Source: Candidatus Gastranaerophilales bacterium (lineage in GTDB: Bacteria > Cyanobacteriota > Vampirovibrionia > Gastranaerophilales > Gastranaerophilaceae). From it: 64,000 nucleotides of DNA. Positions 19,414 to 29,128 of this stretch are shown here, piece by piece (the first letter of the stretch is position 1; the number at the start of each line of letters is the position of its first letter). Position numbers and translations under genes: made by a program. Under the pieces are notes generated by a model, which was not told the DNA's origin, ran no database searches, and saw only the letters and a list, made by a program, of their open reading frames with translations. The DNA is taken from positions 60,388 to 124,387 of the forward strand of contig CALVBD010000005.1 in assembly GCA_944325635.1 (NCBI GenBank), read 5' to 3'.

Positions 19414-19961
19414 TTAAGGGAATAGACCAGTGCGCAAAAGGCACAAGTCTATTCTTGTATATGGGGCTTGTGCATCCCCTGCCCATGCACTGACATTCTT
19501 TTAGTTTTAATATCTGATACGTTCACTTTTTCTTTTTTATTGCTATGAAAAAAGAAAAAGTGAACCGAAAAAGAAAAACACGCAAAGAAACAGTGGCGCT
19601 ACGCGCCACAAAACCAAATGAAAGTAGTTGAAGGCTTTGCCTTCAACCATTAGTGGTATGCTATAGTGCTAACGCACACGCACACCTTACCGACCTACGG
19701 TCGGTCTAAGGAAGGTGCGGAAACCTTTTTCTACCCTCTTTAACAATTTTAGTTTTAACTATACGACTACTTTCGTATCTTCTGCTGACTCGTTTTTTGG
19801 GTCGCGTGTTTTCTTTTCTTTCGTCTATTTCTTTTCTTTTGCTTCAAGGACTCCGTTTTGAGTTGACTAAATGTCAAGTCAAAATGGAGGGCAAAAGAAA
19901 AGAAATAGACTTAATAAGGAAATCTGATAGAACCTTTTGCGCACTAATCTGTTTTCCTTAA
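19414..19961. repeat. Large ORF-free nested-helix element, copy A (candidate structured RNA or MITE-like element)
   Basis: Outer inverted repeat 19414-19441/19933-19961. Perfect 18-bp hairpin 19521-19538/19548-19565. Helix 19566-19583 with 19804-19823. Perfect 20-bp helix 19823-19842/19891-19910. GC hairpins at 19593-19609, 19627-19647 and 19690-19704. Module order is shared with 33249-33768. Confidence 0.7.
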
Positions 19962-20034
19962 GAATATTAAATCCCCATCATCCGGCACTGAGTGCCACAT
20001 TCTCCCGCCCGGGGGAGAAGGTAGAAAACTTTTT

Positions 20035-20973
20035 TTATTTCAGCACCGCTTTTATCGCAGATATCATTCCCTTTTCTGAGGCAATATTTTTTCCTGCAAT
20101 ATCAAACGCGGTTCCGTGACCTGGTGAGGTCCTTATTATATCAAGCCCGATTGTCATATTAACGGTTTCATCACCTGCAACAGTTTTTATCGGTATCAGC
20201 CCCTGATCATGATAATTCGCGATATAGCAGTCATAAGGACATTTTTCTCTATTAAAAAATGCCTTGCCGGCTTTTACAAAAAGAGTGTCCGCAGGTAAAG
20301 GGTCTGTTATATTAATACATTTTTCGCGAAGTTCTTTGACTGCCGGATTTAAAATCTCAATTTCTTCTCTGCCCAAAATTCCATCCTCTCCAGAATGCGG
20401 GTTAAATCCGCACAGTGCAAATTTTGGCTCGTCAATTCCAAAATGCTTCTGGAAAAATTCTTGCAAATTCAAAACTTTTTCTTCAACTATTTCCTTTGTG
20501 AGATTAATTTCTTTTAATGCGCAATGGCGGGTCAATAAAAGTACCCTAAAATCTCTTGCAACAAATAACATCTCTGCAAGCTGTCCGTTATGAGCGAGAA
20601 AATTCTGTAAAATTTCAGTCTGTCCGTTAAAAATGTGCCCAGCAAGGTGAAGCGCATTTTTGGCAACAGGTGCTGTTACAATAGCTTTCGGTTTCATTTC
20701 GCAAACTTTTTTTAATGATTGGTATGAAAACTCTCCTGCGGCCTTTGTAACCTTTCCTGCTTCAATTTCACCATCATACGGAACCTCAGCTATTTCATAA
20801 TCCCGTTTCAATTCACCGTAGAAGTCAAGAATTCTTTTATTTGAAACAAGAACGATTTTATCCTCGGGCAGGTCGAGCCTGTTTAAAGCTTTGATTGTAA
20901 TCTCAGCCCCAATCCCGTTCGGGTCACCCGTTGTAATCGCAATTTTACTTTTATAATTACTCATGTTTTTCAA
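20035..20973 (-). CDS. pdxA: 4-hydroxythreonine-4-phosphate dehydrogenase family protein (PdxA/PdxA2)
   Basis: 312 aa; ITTGDPNGIG N-terminus, C-terminal SPGHGTAFDIAGKNIAS; coupled to the DUF1537 kinase gene, as in PdxA2-type loci. Confidence 0.9.
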   Translation of the reverse strand: MKNMSNYKSKIAITTGDPNGIGAEITIKALNRLDLPEDKIVLVSNKRILDFYGELKRDYEIAEVPYDGEIEAGKVTKAAGEFSYQSLKKVCEMKPKAIVTAPVAKNALHLAGHIFNGQTEILQNFLAHNGQLAEMLFVARDFRVLLLTRHCALKEINLTKEIVEEKVLNLQEFFQKHFGIDEPKFALCGFNPHSGEDGILGREEIEILNPAVKELREKCINITDPLPADTLFVKAGKAFFNREKCPYDCYIANYHDQGLIPIKTVAGDETVNMTIGLDIIRTSPGHGTAFDIAGKNIASEKGMISAIKAVLK

Positions 20974-22264
20974 AGTATTTTAAAATATCAACAAGCGTAT
21001 TCACTCCGCCGAGGTTACCGGATTTTGTGACAATCCAGCGTGCGTTATGATCCATACTCAATGCGATTGCAGGCGCAACTTCATCAATTAGCTGTAACTG
21101 GTTGGCACGTATTGCTTCGCAGCATTTGTAGGATGTTTCGCCGCCAAGAGTAATAAGAATTACATCTTTTCTTGCAACAACCTGTTTTGTGAGTTCCGCT
21201 AAAAAATCCGTCACTCGGTTTGCCATGCCGGACTTTGTGAGTTCCGCATTAAGCGAATCTTCAGAAAAGCCGTCGAAATCACGTATTAAATCTGAAGTAT
21301 GCACAACAACAATATTATTTGAGCCAAGGTTTGTTACAATTCTTTCAACCAGTTCTTCTGAAACTCCGGCTAAAACAGTTTTCATATCAAGATGAATTAC
21401 AAGGACATTTTCAAAATCGTCAGATTCTTCCAGTCTTGAAATCTGATTGGAGGTAATTTGCGTTGCACTGCCGGAAATAACAAGTTTTGGAAGTTCAGGA
21501 AATGTTTTTGCAAAGTGCTGAGGATTTAAATCCGGAAGCCATAAATCACTCAAAACCTGAGCTGTTGCAGCGGTTCCTGCAGGGAGAATATTATACTCGG
21601 ATTTCCCGATAGCAAGTACAATCTGCTCAATATCAACAGTAGACACCGCATCCATTACAATAATTTTTTTACCTGCGGAAATTAATTCCTTCAACTGGCG
21701 CAAAATCGGCCCGGCTCCCTTCATAACTGTTTTTAATTCAACTGAGGCAACCAAATCTTTATTTTCATCGCTTAATTGTGATTTCAAAAGTGTCGGCAAG
21801 TGGGATTCAAAAATAGGTGAATGAGGATCACGAGCCATTTCGGTTCTTTCTATCGGTACACCTCTCATTAGGTGGTAGCCGCCGACAGTAACCCTCCCTT
21901 CCAAAGGGAAAGCAGGCACAATGACTGCAGCGTCAAATCCTAGTGTCTCAATCATTGCCAGGACTTCTAGCGCAATATGACCTCTTACTGTTGAGTCTAT
22001 TTTTTTATAGTAGTAATCGGGATTAATTTGCTCTTTTATAAAATTCGCCGCAGATTTTGTTTTTTCAAAAGCCTCATCAGGTTCAATATTACGAGTTTCT
22101 GTTGAAATAGCCCAGGTCTGGGTCGTTTTCAAATTTACAGGAGCCGACGCTTCATCCAGAAGAATCTGGGTATTTGCTCCTTTCAAATGAAACTGAAGTG
22201 CTGTATCATTTGCACCTGTCAGATCATCTGCAACAATACCTACGACATTAGAATTAATCATCAT
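20957..22264 (-). CDS. Four-carbon acid sugar kinase family protein (DUF1537/YgbK-like)
   Basis: 435 aa; N-terminal IVADDLTGANDTALQF motif and C-terminal nucleotide-binding half (ITLGGETS); overlaps pdxA. Confidence 0.85.
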   Translation of the reverse strand: MMINSNVVGIVADDLTGANDTALQFHLKGANTQILLDEASAPVNLKTTQTWAISTETRNIEPDEAFEKTKSAANFIKEQINPDYYYKKIDSTVRGHIALEVLAMIETLGFDAAVIVPAFPLEGRVTVGGYHLMRGVPIERTEMARDPHSPIFESHLPTLLKSQLSDENKDLVASVELKTVMKGAGPILRQLKELISAGKKIIVMDAVSTVDIEQIVLAIGKSEYNILPAGTAATAQVLSDLWLPDLNPQHFAKTFPELPKLVISGSATQITSNQISRLEESDDFENVLVIHLDMKTVLAGVSEELVERIVTNLGSNNIVVVHTSDLIRDFDGFSEDSLNAELTKSGMANRVTDFLAELTKQVVARKDVILITLGGETSYKCCEAIRANQLQLIDEVAPAIALSMDHNARWIVTKSGNLGGVNTLVDILKYFEKHE

Positions 22265-22596
22265 AATACTTCAGAATCTCTCTTTGAGCCCAACAACCTA
22301 ATACCGGTAGCTACAACAAGAAAATTTTCTCTTTCATTTCCAGTAGCTTTATCAGTCCATTTACTTTGAGCAATACGTCCTTCAACAGCAAGCTGCGTAC
22401 CTTTTTTTACGTATTCTCCTGCAAATTCTGCCTGTTTATCCCAAACATCTATATTAAACCAATCAGTGGTTTCCGATTTTGTTTTTGCATCCCAACGGTT
22501 AACAGCGACAGAAAAATTCGCCTTCACTTTACCCGATTCAAAATATCTTATTTCAGCATCTCTGCCTACACGTCCAACGACTACTACTGAATTCAT
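22261..22596 (-). CDS. ssb: Single-stranded DNA-binding protein (short form, no acidic tail)
   Basis: 111-aa OB fold (VVVVGRVGRDAEIRYFESGKVKANFSVAVNR, WFNIDVWDKQAE); ends ...GSKRDSEVL without a DDDIPF-type tip. Confidence 0.85.
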   Translation of the reverse strand: MNSVVVVGRVGRDAEIRYFESGKVKANFSVAVNRWDAKTKSETTDWFNIDVWDKQAEFAGEYVKKGTQLAVEGRIAQSKWTDKATGNERENFLVVATGIRLLGSKRDSEVL

Positions 22597-22713
22597 TCGT
22601 ACCTCTTTCCATATATTTTAATCCCGGCACAGACCGAGCATGATTACATTTTACAATAAAAATAAAACATCAGTAGTTTTAAAATGCATTTTAAAGAAAT
22701 GTAAAATTATGAA

Positions 22714-23013
22714 CTATTTTTTGAGAAGTTTTTTAGCAGCAAAACCGGCTACAGTTAAAATTCCTGCACCTAAAACCACCCATACGGATTTCGGAGTTTT
22801 TTTAGTTTGTTCAAAATTTACCTTATTTTGCAGAGTGCATACATCCCTATTAAGCTGTTTAAACTGCTGAGTAGCATCTGCATCGGAATACAATACAACA
22901 GGAGTAAACTTCTCAGGCGGACAAACTACTCCGATATGGAGACCTTGAGATTTTAGATTATTATTCACAACACTATTTTGAACACTTCCTGTCATATATC
23001 TACAAAAACTCAA
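22714..23013 (-). CDS. Hypothetical tail-anchored membrane protein
   Basis: 99-aa ORF with one C-terminal TM (VWVVLGAGILTVAGFAA) and a KKLLKK end; no SD seen; an antisense 76-aa ORF overlaps it. Confidence 0.35.
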   Translation of the reverse strand: MSFCRYMTGSVQNSVVNNNLKSQGLHIGVVCPPEKFTPVVLYSDADATQQFKQLNRDVCTLQNKVNFEQTKKTPKSVWVVLGAGILTVAGFAAKKLLKK

Positions 23014-23101
23014 CTAATATTAAAATTGCCAGTCGCATGCTTAATATTACTTAATTGTAACACTAAATATTAATTGACAAATAGAGAATAATAAGATAAA
23101 A

Positions 23102-23116
23102 TGAGAATTGTTATCA
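23102..23116. promoter_or_regulatory. Fur-family (7-1-7) operator-like inverted repeat
   Basis: tgagaat-t-gttatca matches 12 of 14 positions of the TGATAAT-n-ATTATCA Fur-box consensus; lies 15 nt upstream of the Fur/PerR-family gene start. Confidence 0.45.
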
Positions 23117-23130
23117 TATTTAGGCAAAAG

Positions 23131-23505
23131 ATGAATTATTCAAAACAAAGAGAAACTATTCTAAATACATTAAAGGAAAATGTTGTCCACCCGACAGCCG
23201 AATACCTTTATGATGTTTTAAAACGTGAAAATTCATCAATAAGCCTTGCAACATTATACAGAAATCTTAATCAATTGGCGGAAAACGGAATAATAAAAAA
23301 AATAGACGGACTTGAATCGTCCTCTCATTATGACCATAATACGCATGAACATTACCATTTTATATGTGATAAATGTAAGAAAGTTTACGACATCAGTGCG
23401 GATGTCGCACCGGATCTGGTGAAAAAAGCACAGGATGAAACAGGTTTTACAATAAACGGTTCGGATATTGTATTCCACGGAATTTGTAAAGACTGCAATA
23501 AGTAA
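23131..23505 (+). CDS. Fur family transcriptional regulator (PerR-like)
   Basis: [24 protein letters not shown] winged-helix N-terminus, [15 protein letters not shown] and CKDC metal sites; heads an oxidative-stress gene cluster. The ORF extends to 23101, but the upstream part overlaps the operator. Confidence 0.9.
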   Translation: MNYSKQRETILNTLKENVVHPTAEYLYDVLKRENSSISLATLYRNLNQLAENGIIKKIDGLESSSHYDHNTHEHYHFICDKCKKVYDISADVAPDLVKKAQDETGFTINGSDIVFHGICKDCNK

Positions 23506-23516
23506 AGGAGAAAATT

Positions 23517-23660
23517 ATGGAAAAATTTCAATGCACAGTATGCGGCTACATCTATGATCCTGCAGAAAATGACAATGTAAAATTTGAAGATTTACCGGAT
23601 GATTATACTTGTCCTTTATGCCATGTCGGCAAAGATATGTTTGAAAAATACGAAGGTTAG
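23517..23660 (+). CDS. Rubredoxin
   Basis: 47-aa ORF not in the supplied track; SD aaggag N6 [18 protein letters not shown]...[15 protein letters not shown] with two CxxC pairs. Confidence 0.85.
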   Translation: MEKFQCTVCGYIYDPAENDNVKFEDLPDDYTCPLCHVGKDMFEKYEG

Positions 23661-23730
23661 GCCGGTGCTGCTGCAAATGACGCATATAGCATAACATGTG
23701 CAGCCCGTATTTAAATAAGGAGAATAACTT

Positions 23731-24273
23731 ATGGAATTAAAAGGCTCGAAGACGGAAAAGAATCTTCTTGAGGCTTTTGCAGGAGAATCTCAGGCAAGAA
23801 ATAAATACACCTACTACGCTTCACAAGCAAAAAAAGAAGGGTTTGTTCAAATAAGCAAAATATTTGAAGAAACCGCAAATAACGAAAAAGAACACGCAAA
23901 AATCTGGTTTAAATATTTGCATGAAGGAAACAAAATTCCCGAAACAATTAAAAACCTCGAAGATGCGGCAAACGGTGAAAATTACGAATGGACCGATATG
24001 TACGCACGTTTTGCACAAGAAGCAAAAGAAGAAGGATTCGATACTCTCGCAATTCTCTTTGAAATGGTAGGCAAAATCGAAAAAGAACATGAAGAGCGCT
24101 ACAGAAAACTGCTCGAAAATGTTAAAAATAACACAGTATTTGAAAAGCCATCCGCCGTTGTATGGGAATGTGCAAACTGCGGACATACTTTCGAAGGAGA
24201 AAAGGCTCCGGAATTATGCCCTGTGTGTAAACACCCGAAAGCTTACTTCTTTATGAAAGCAAAAAATTACTAA
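23731..24273 (+). CDS. Rubrerythrin
   Basis: 180 aa; ferritin-like diiron domain ([32 protein letters not shown]) plus C-terminal rubredoxin-like CANCG...CPVC. Confidence 0.95.
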   Translation: MELKGSKTEKNLLEAFAGESQARNKYTYYASQAKKEGFVQISKIFEETANNEKEHAKIWFKYLHEGNKIPETIKNLEDAANGENYEWTDMYARFAQEAKEEGFDTLAILFEMVGKIEKEHEERYRKLLENVKNNTVFEKPSAVVWECANCGHTFEGEKAPELCPVCKHPKAYFFMKAKNY

Positions 24274-24277
24274 AAAT

Positions 24278-24316
24278 AAAAGCGGCTTTTCAAAACTTGC
24301 AAAGCCGCTTTTTTAT
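24278..24316 (+). terminator. Rho-independent terminator
   Basis: Perfect 11-bp stem aaagcggcttt/aaagccgcttt followed by a T-run. Confidence 0.8.
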
Positions 24317-24327
24317 GTTAAAATTAA

Positions 24328-24894
24328 ATGGCAAAAATAAAGGAGTTGGTTGTGACCGAATTTAAGGGAAGTGATACAGAACAGAATTTAGCCAAAGCTT
24401 TCGTTGATGAAGCTTCAGGTTATTTTAAATATTCACTTTATGCTGTTCTTGCAAAATATGAAGGACAAGATTACATCAGTAAAATATTTGAAGATATTGC
24501 TCAAAATGAAAAAGAACACGCTAAAATCTGGTTCAAGTGGCTTAATGACGGAAAATTTCCGAAAACCTTGAAGAACCTTAAAGATGCGATTGAACTTGAA
24601 AATAATGCTGTTACTGCCGAATACCCTGAATTCATCAACAAAGCAAAAGAAGAAGGTTTTGAACATCTTGCCGGACTTTTTGAAAAAATTGCCGAAATAG
24701 AAAAAAATCATCTTGAAAAATTCAAAAAATTAAAACAATCGCTTGAAAATGAACTAAATATCCCGGCTGACACCACACCGATGTTATGGGAATGTTCGGC
24801 TTGCGGAGCTGTTATTGAACAAGATACCCGCCCGGATTACTGTCCTCTTTGCGCGCATGAAGATACTTTCTTTTTTAAAAAGAATCCCCGTTAA
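24328..24894 (+). CDS. Rubrerythrin family protein
   Basis: 188 aa; EKEHAKIWF and EIEKNHLEKF diiron motifs, C-terminal CSACG...CPLC. Confidence 0.9.
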   Translation: MAKIKELVVTEFKGSDTEQNLAKAFVDEASGYFKYSLYAVLAKYEGQDYISKIFEDIAQNEKEHAKIWFKWLNDGKFPKTLKNLKDAIELENNAVTAEYPEFINKAKEEGFEHLAGLFEKIAEIEKNHLEKFKKLKQSLENELNIPADTTPMLWECSACGAVIEQDTRPDYCPLCAHEDTFFFKKNPR

Positions 24895-24921
24895 TTTTAA
24901 TAAATATACAAGGAGAAAATT

Positions 24922-26106
24922 ATGAAATTTCGTGAAATTAAGAATAATGTTTTTTACTGCGGATTGAATGACCGTGACAGAAGAATTTTTGATGAACTTA
25001 TTCCGCTCGAACACGGTACAACATACAATTCGTATCTTGTAAAAGGAAGTGAAAAAACTGCAATTATTGATACAATGTATCCGCCAAAATCAGATGAATA
25101 TTTAAAAAACTTTGACGAAAACGGCATTACAAAAGTTGATTATATTATTGCAAACCACGGTGAGCAGGATCATACGGGAACTATCCCAAAATTACTCGAA
25201 AAATATCCTGAAGCTGTTGTTGTAACAAATGCTATCTGTAAAGGTAACATTATGGAAATGCTCCTCGTACCTGAAGAAAGAATTAAAGTTGTAAAAAATG
25301 ACGATGAACTTTCTCTCGGCGATAAAACTTTAAAATTCATTATCGCACCGGGAGTTCACTGGCCGGATACAATGTTCACACATATTGTGGAAGATAATCT
25401 TCTCTGCACCTGTGACTTTTTAGGGGCTCATTATACTTTTGATGAAATCTTCTGTCCTGATAGCTGCGAAGTTGAACACAGTGCAAAACGTTACTATGCA
25501 GAAATTATGATGCCATTCAGAAATCTCTGCAAAAAATATACAAAACAGGTGAAAGAACTTAAACCTGATATGATTTTACCGAGCCACGGTCCTATTTATA
25601 AAAATCCTGATTTCATTCTTGATTTATATGAAGATTGGACTGCAGATGAAGGTAAAAATCTTGTTCTTCTTCCGTATGTTTCCATGTACAACAGCACAGA
25701 AGAAATGATTGATTATATTGCAAAAAATCTTAATGATAAAGGTATTCAAACACAGGTTTTTGATATTGTAACAGGCGACCTCGGCGACCTTGCAATGGGA
25801 CTTGTTGATGCAACAACCATAGTTCTTGGAAGTTCCATGGTTCTTGCAGGACCTCACCCGATGGCTGTGAACGTTGCATATCTTGCAAATATTCTCAAAC
25901 CAAAAGCTAAATTTGCAACATTCGTAGGGTCTTACGGCTGGGGCGGAAATCTTTTCGGAACACTTGGTCAGATGCTTTCAGGTTTGAAAGTTGAATCTAT
26001 TGAGCCTGTGCTTGTAAAAGGTAAACCGAAAAAAGAAGATTATGAAAAACTTGATATTTTAATTGAAGAAATATATAATAAACATAAGTCGTTAAATCTG
26101 GTTTAA
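24922..26106 (+). CDS. Flavodiiron protein (FprA/ROO type)
   Basis: 394 aa; metallo-beta-lactamase-like diiron motif ANHGEQDHTG followed by a flavodoxin-like C-terminal domain. Confidence 0.9.
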   Translation: MKFREIKNNVFYCGLNDRDRRIFDELIPLEHGTTYNSYLVKGSEKTAIIDTMYPPKSDEYLKNFDENGITKVDYIIANHGEQDHTGTIPKLLEKYPEAVVVTNAICKGNIMEMLLVPEERIKVVKNDDELSLGDKTLKFIIAPGVHWPDTMFTHIVEDNLLCTCDFLGAHYTFDEIFCPDSCEVEHSAKRYYAEIMMPFRNLCKKYTKQVKELKPDMILPSHGPIYKNPDFILDLYEDWTADEGKNLVLLPYVSMYNSTEEMIDYIAKNLNDKGIQTQVFDIVTGDLGDLAMGLVDATTIVLGSSMVLAGPHPMAVNVAYLANILKPKAKFATFVGSYGWGGNLFGTLGQMLSGLKVESIEPVLVKGKPKKEDYEKLDILIEEIYNKHKSLNLV

Positions 26107-26128
26107 TGTCAAAAAAAGGGAGGAAAAT

Positions 26129-26311
26129 ATGGCAGACTTTATGGTTAAATTAGGGCTCAAAAAAGACAACCAAATCGGTGAAATGTCAAGAGTAAAAAAA
26201 GACGCGACAGTTAACAACTATAAGGAAAAAGCCCCGGACAAACTGGTGAGATCACCTAAAAAAGATACATTTACTTCCTCCGAAAAAACGGAAAACAAAG
26301 ATAATAAATAA
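26129..26311 (+). CDS. Hypothetical Lys-rich small protein
   Basis: 60-aa ORF with a strong SD (gggagg N6 ATG), followed by a terminator; no recognisable motif. Confidence 0.5.
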   Translation: MADFMVKLGLKKDNQIGEMSRVKKDATVNNYKEKAPDKLVRSPKKDTFTSSEKTENKDNK

Positions 26312-26317
26312 CGATTA

Positions 26318-26346
26318 AAGCGGTCTTTATAAGGCCGCTTTTGTAT
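26318..26346 (+). terminator. Rho-independent terminator
   Basis: Stem agcggtc/ggccgct (one G-U pair on the + strand) followed by ttttg. Confidence 0.7.
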
Positions 26347-26440
26347 TAATATTTGTTAATGAACAATAATTAAAACGCAATCATAAATTTTTACAGGTTT
26401 TACTTATTCCGGAAGTAAAATACAGAAAAGAACGATAATA

Positions 26441-27232
26441 ATGAATAGCATTTCTCCAATTTCAGCCGTAAAAATATATACACTGCCCCAAACACGTCAA
26501 ATAAATTACGCCCAAAATAATAAAAGCGAACAAAGGGTTGAAACTTCTATATACAATACAAAAGGAACAAATGTTTATTTCGGTTCGCTAGCCAAGGCTC
26601 AGGATGCGTTTGAAGCAGAATGCATTCAAATTTTGAGAAAAGTAAGAAATCACAGATGCAGAATGTTTGATGAATATGATATTACGGAAATGCTGGGTTC
26701 ATTAAAAAAAGAACAAAATCCTGAAAACAAAACAAATGTATTAAAAGAAATTTTTTGTCTTGAGTGCGAAGAATATGGAAAAAAGCCTGATAAAAATTTT
26801 CTAAAACGAGTATTAAACCTTACTGCAGGGCGGCCTGAAGATGATAGATTTGCAATCCTTGAATTTGCACAGGAGGAACTTATCTCCGCGAAAGAACCTC
26901 TTGCGGCATTTGCCAATTTGCCAAAAGAGAAACAGGATAAACTGGTAAAACTTTTAAAAGATATAGATAATGTAAATACTATAAACAGTGAAGCAAAATA
27001 TTACAACCCGGAATCGCTATATGATACTTTCAGAATTCTTGTATATGCGGAGGATGACCTGTCAAAACTTAAATTAGCAGACGCAAATGCCTATAAGATT
27101 AGTACATATCATATTTTAAAAGATGATATGGAATATTTTAAAAATTTAACTTATCCAGACGAAAATACAAAAAAAGAAGTCCTCTCAGTGGCAGAGAATA
27201 TTCAGACGTATTTTCTTCAAAATATCCTGTAA
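26441..27232 (+). CDS. Hypothetical protein
   Basis: 263-aa ORF, predicted helical and charged, with no recognisable motif; bounded by terminators on both sides. Confidence 0.55.
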   Translation: MNSISPISAVKIYTLPQTRQINYAQNNKSEQRVETSIYNTKGTNVYFGSLAKAQDAFEAECIQILRKVRNHRCRMFDEYDITEMLGSLKKEQNPENKTNVLKEIFCLECEEYGKKPDKNFLKRVLNLTAGRPEDDRFAILEFAQEELISAKEPLAAFANLPKEKQDKLVKLLKDIDNVNTINSEAKYYNPESLYDTFRILVYAEDDLSKLKLADANAYKISTYHILKDDMEYFKNLTYPDENTKKEVLSVAENIQTYFLQNIL

Positions 27233-27269
27233 TATTAAAAAAAAGATTAAACTTTGTTCATCAAGCAAT

Positions 27270-27305
27270 AAAAGCCCCTTACAAGTGTTATTGTAAGGGG
27301 CTTTT
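27270..27305. terminator. Bidirectional terminator between the 263-aa gene and thrS
   Basis: 15-bp stem aaaagccccttacaa/ttgtaaggggctttt flanked by A-run and T-run. Confidence 0.8.
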
Positions 27306-27322
27306 CAAAAAGATAATTAAAT

Positions 27323-29128
27323 TTAAGCCTTAACTATATCTTTTGCAAAAGATTCAGACCTGCGGGCGTGGATTTCATCTTCTATTTTCGAGATAAATTC
27401 ATCAACACCCATTGTACCGACCTGACCGATACCGCGGGCGCGGACAGCTACAGAATTTGCTTCAATTTCTTTATCGCCGATTACGACAACGTAAGGGATT
27501 TTCTTATCCTGCAGGCTTTCTCTGATTTTGTAATTCATAGATTCTGAACGATCGTCGAGTTTTGCTCTAATGCCTGCTGCGCGCATTTTCTTGTAAACTT
27601 CCGCCGCAAAATCAGCGTGTTTTTCGTTGCTGATAGGAACGATTGCAACCTGTGTCGGCGCAAGCCATGTAGGGAATGCACCCGCATAATGTTCAATTAA
27701 GATACCGTGGAATCTTTCCATAGAACCGAATATTACACGGTGAAGCATAACAGGAGTTTTCATCTGACCGTCTTTATCCTGATATTTGATACCAAATCTT
27801 TCAGGCAGGTTAAAGTCAAGCTGAATAGTTGCACACTGCCAAGTTCTTCCTATTGCATCTTTTACTTTAAAGTCGATTTTCGGCCCGTAGAAGGCTCCGT
27901 CACCTTCATTGATTTCATATTTCATACCGCGGCGTTCCATAGCCTCTTTCAAGCCTGCTTCTGCTCTGTTCCAGTTTTCAATTTCGCCTACATAGCTTTC
28001 AGGTCTTGTTGAAAGTTCAACATCAAATTTCATATTAAATAATGCCATTGTATCAGCGACAAAATCAATAATTTCATTGATTTCATCAACCAGTTGTTCA
28101 GGAGTACAGAAGATATGTGCATCATCCTGAGTAAACCCTTGAACACGGGTCAAACCAGACAAAGCACCCGATTTTTCTTTTCTGTAAACCGTACCGAGTT
28201 CAGCCATTCTGAGAGGCAGTGAACGGTATGAATATCTGTTTGCCTGATAAATCAAAATATGGAAAGGACAGTTCATCGGTTTTACGATATATTGTTCATC
28301 CTCTTCATTATCTTTTTGTATAAAGAACATATTTTCTTTATAGTGGTCAATATGTCCTGATAATTCCCAGAGTTTCGATTTTGCAATCTGCGGAGTATTA
28401 ACAATTACGTAACCGCGTTTTCTGTGTTCTGTTCTCCAGTAATTTTCAATTTCTTCACGAACAACAGCAAGATTTGGGTGCCACAAAACAAGCCCGCCGC
28501 CGATTTCTTCTCTTACAGAGAATAGGTCAAGTTTTGCACCGAGTTTTCTGTGGTCACGTTTTTCTGCTTCTTCAAGGAAATGCAGATAATCTGCTAAATC
28601 TTCTTTTGTCCAGAAAGCTGTTGCATAAATTCTCTGGAGCATTTTATTTTTCTCATTACCGCGCCAGTATGCACCTGCAACTTTTAATAACTTAATTGCG
28701 TTGCCTTTAATATATGAAGTATTCGGAATGTGCGGACCTGCGCAGAGATCGTTAAACAACACATTTCCGTCTTTATCTTTTGTAAGATACAGGGTCGGAT
28801 TGTCGTTTCTGTGTTCTTCAAGAAGTTCAGCCTTGTAGATTTCGCCCTCAGCCTTAAATTCCGCAATCTGTTTATCAACATCAGGAATAACGTATCTTTC
28901 AAAAGTAAGATTTTGTTTAATGATGTTTTTCATCTCATCTTCGATTTTTTGAAGGTCATCTTCCGTAAAAGCATGCCCGTCAGTCAAATCGAAATCGTAG
29001 TAAAAACCGGTGTCCGTAGAAGGTCCGATAGCCAACTTTGCCGAAGGGAAGAGCTTCTGAACAGCCTGTGCCATAATGTGAGATGCGGAGTGTCTTAAAA
29101 CACTCAAAGTTTCTTTGTTTTTTTCCAT
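27323..29128 (-). CDS. thrS: Threonine--tRNA ligase (lacks the N-terminal TGS domain)
   Basis: 601 aa; editing-domain HSASHIMAQAV near the N-terminus, class II core (FHILIYQ, YRKEKSGALSGLTRVQGFTQDDAHIF, GAFYGPKID), anticodon-binding C-terminus. Confidence 0.95.
   Translation of the reverse strand: MEKNKETLSVLRHSASHIMAQAVQKLFPSAKLAIGPSTDTGFYYDFDLTDGHAFTEDDLQKIEDEMKNIIKQNLTFERYVIPDVDKQIAEFKAEGEIYKAELLEEHRNDNPTLYLTKDKDGNVLFNDLCAGPHIPNTSYIKGNAIKLLKVAGAYWRGNEKNKMLQRIYATAFWTKEDLADYLHFLEEAEKRDHRKLGAKLDLFSVREEIGGGLVLWHPNLAVVREEIENYWRTEHRKRGYVIVNTPQIAKSKLWELSGHIDHYKENMFFIQKDNEEDEQYIVKPMNCPFHILIYQANRYSYRSLPLRMAELGTVYRKEKSGALSGLTRVQGFTQDDAHIFCTPEQLVDEINEIIDFVADTMALFNMKFDVELSTRPESYVGEIENWNRAEAGLKEAMERRGMKYEINEGDGAFYGPKIDFKVKDAIGRTWQCATIQLDFNLPERFGIKYQDKDGQMKTPVMLHRVIFGSMERFHGILIEHYAGAFPTWLAPTQVAIVPISNEKHADFAAEVYKKMRAAGIRAKLDDRSESMNYKIRESLQDKKIPYVVVIGDKEIEANSVAVRARGIGQVGTMGVDEFISKIEDEIHARRSESFAKDIVKA

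Noticed and set aside
19256-20119. ORFs 19256..19486 (-) and 19937..20119 (+) around element A
   Set aside because: They run through the secF terminator, the repeat hairpins and the pdxA 3' end. They have no SD and no motif, so they are spurious.
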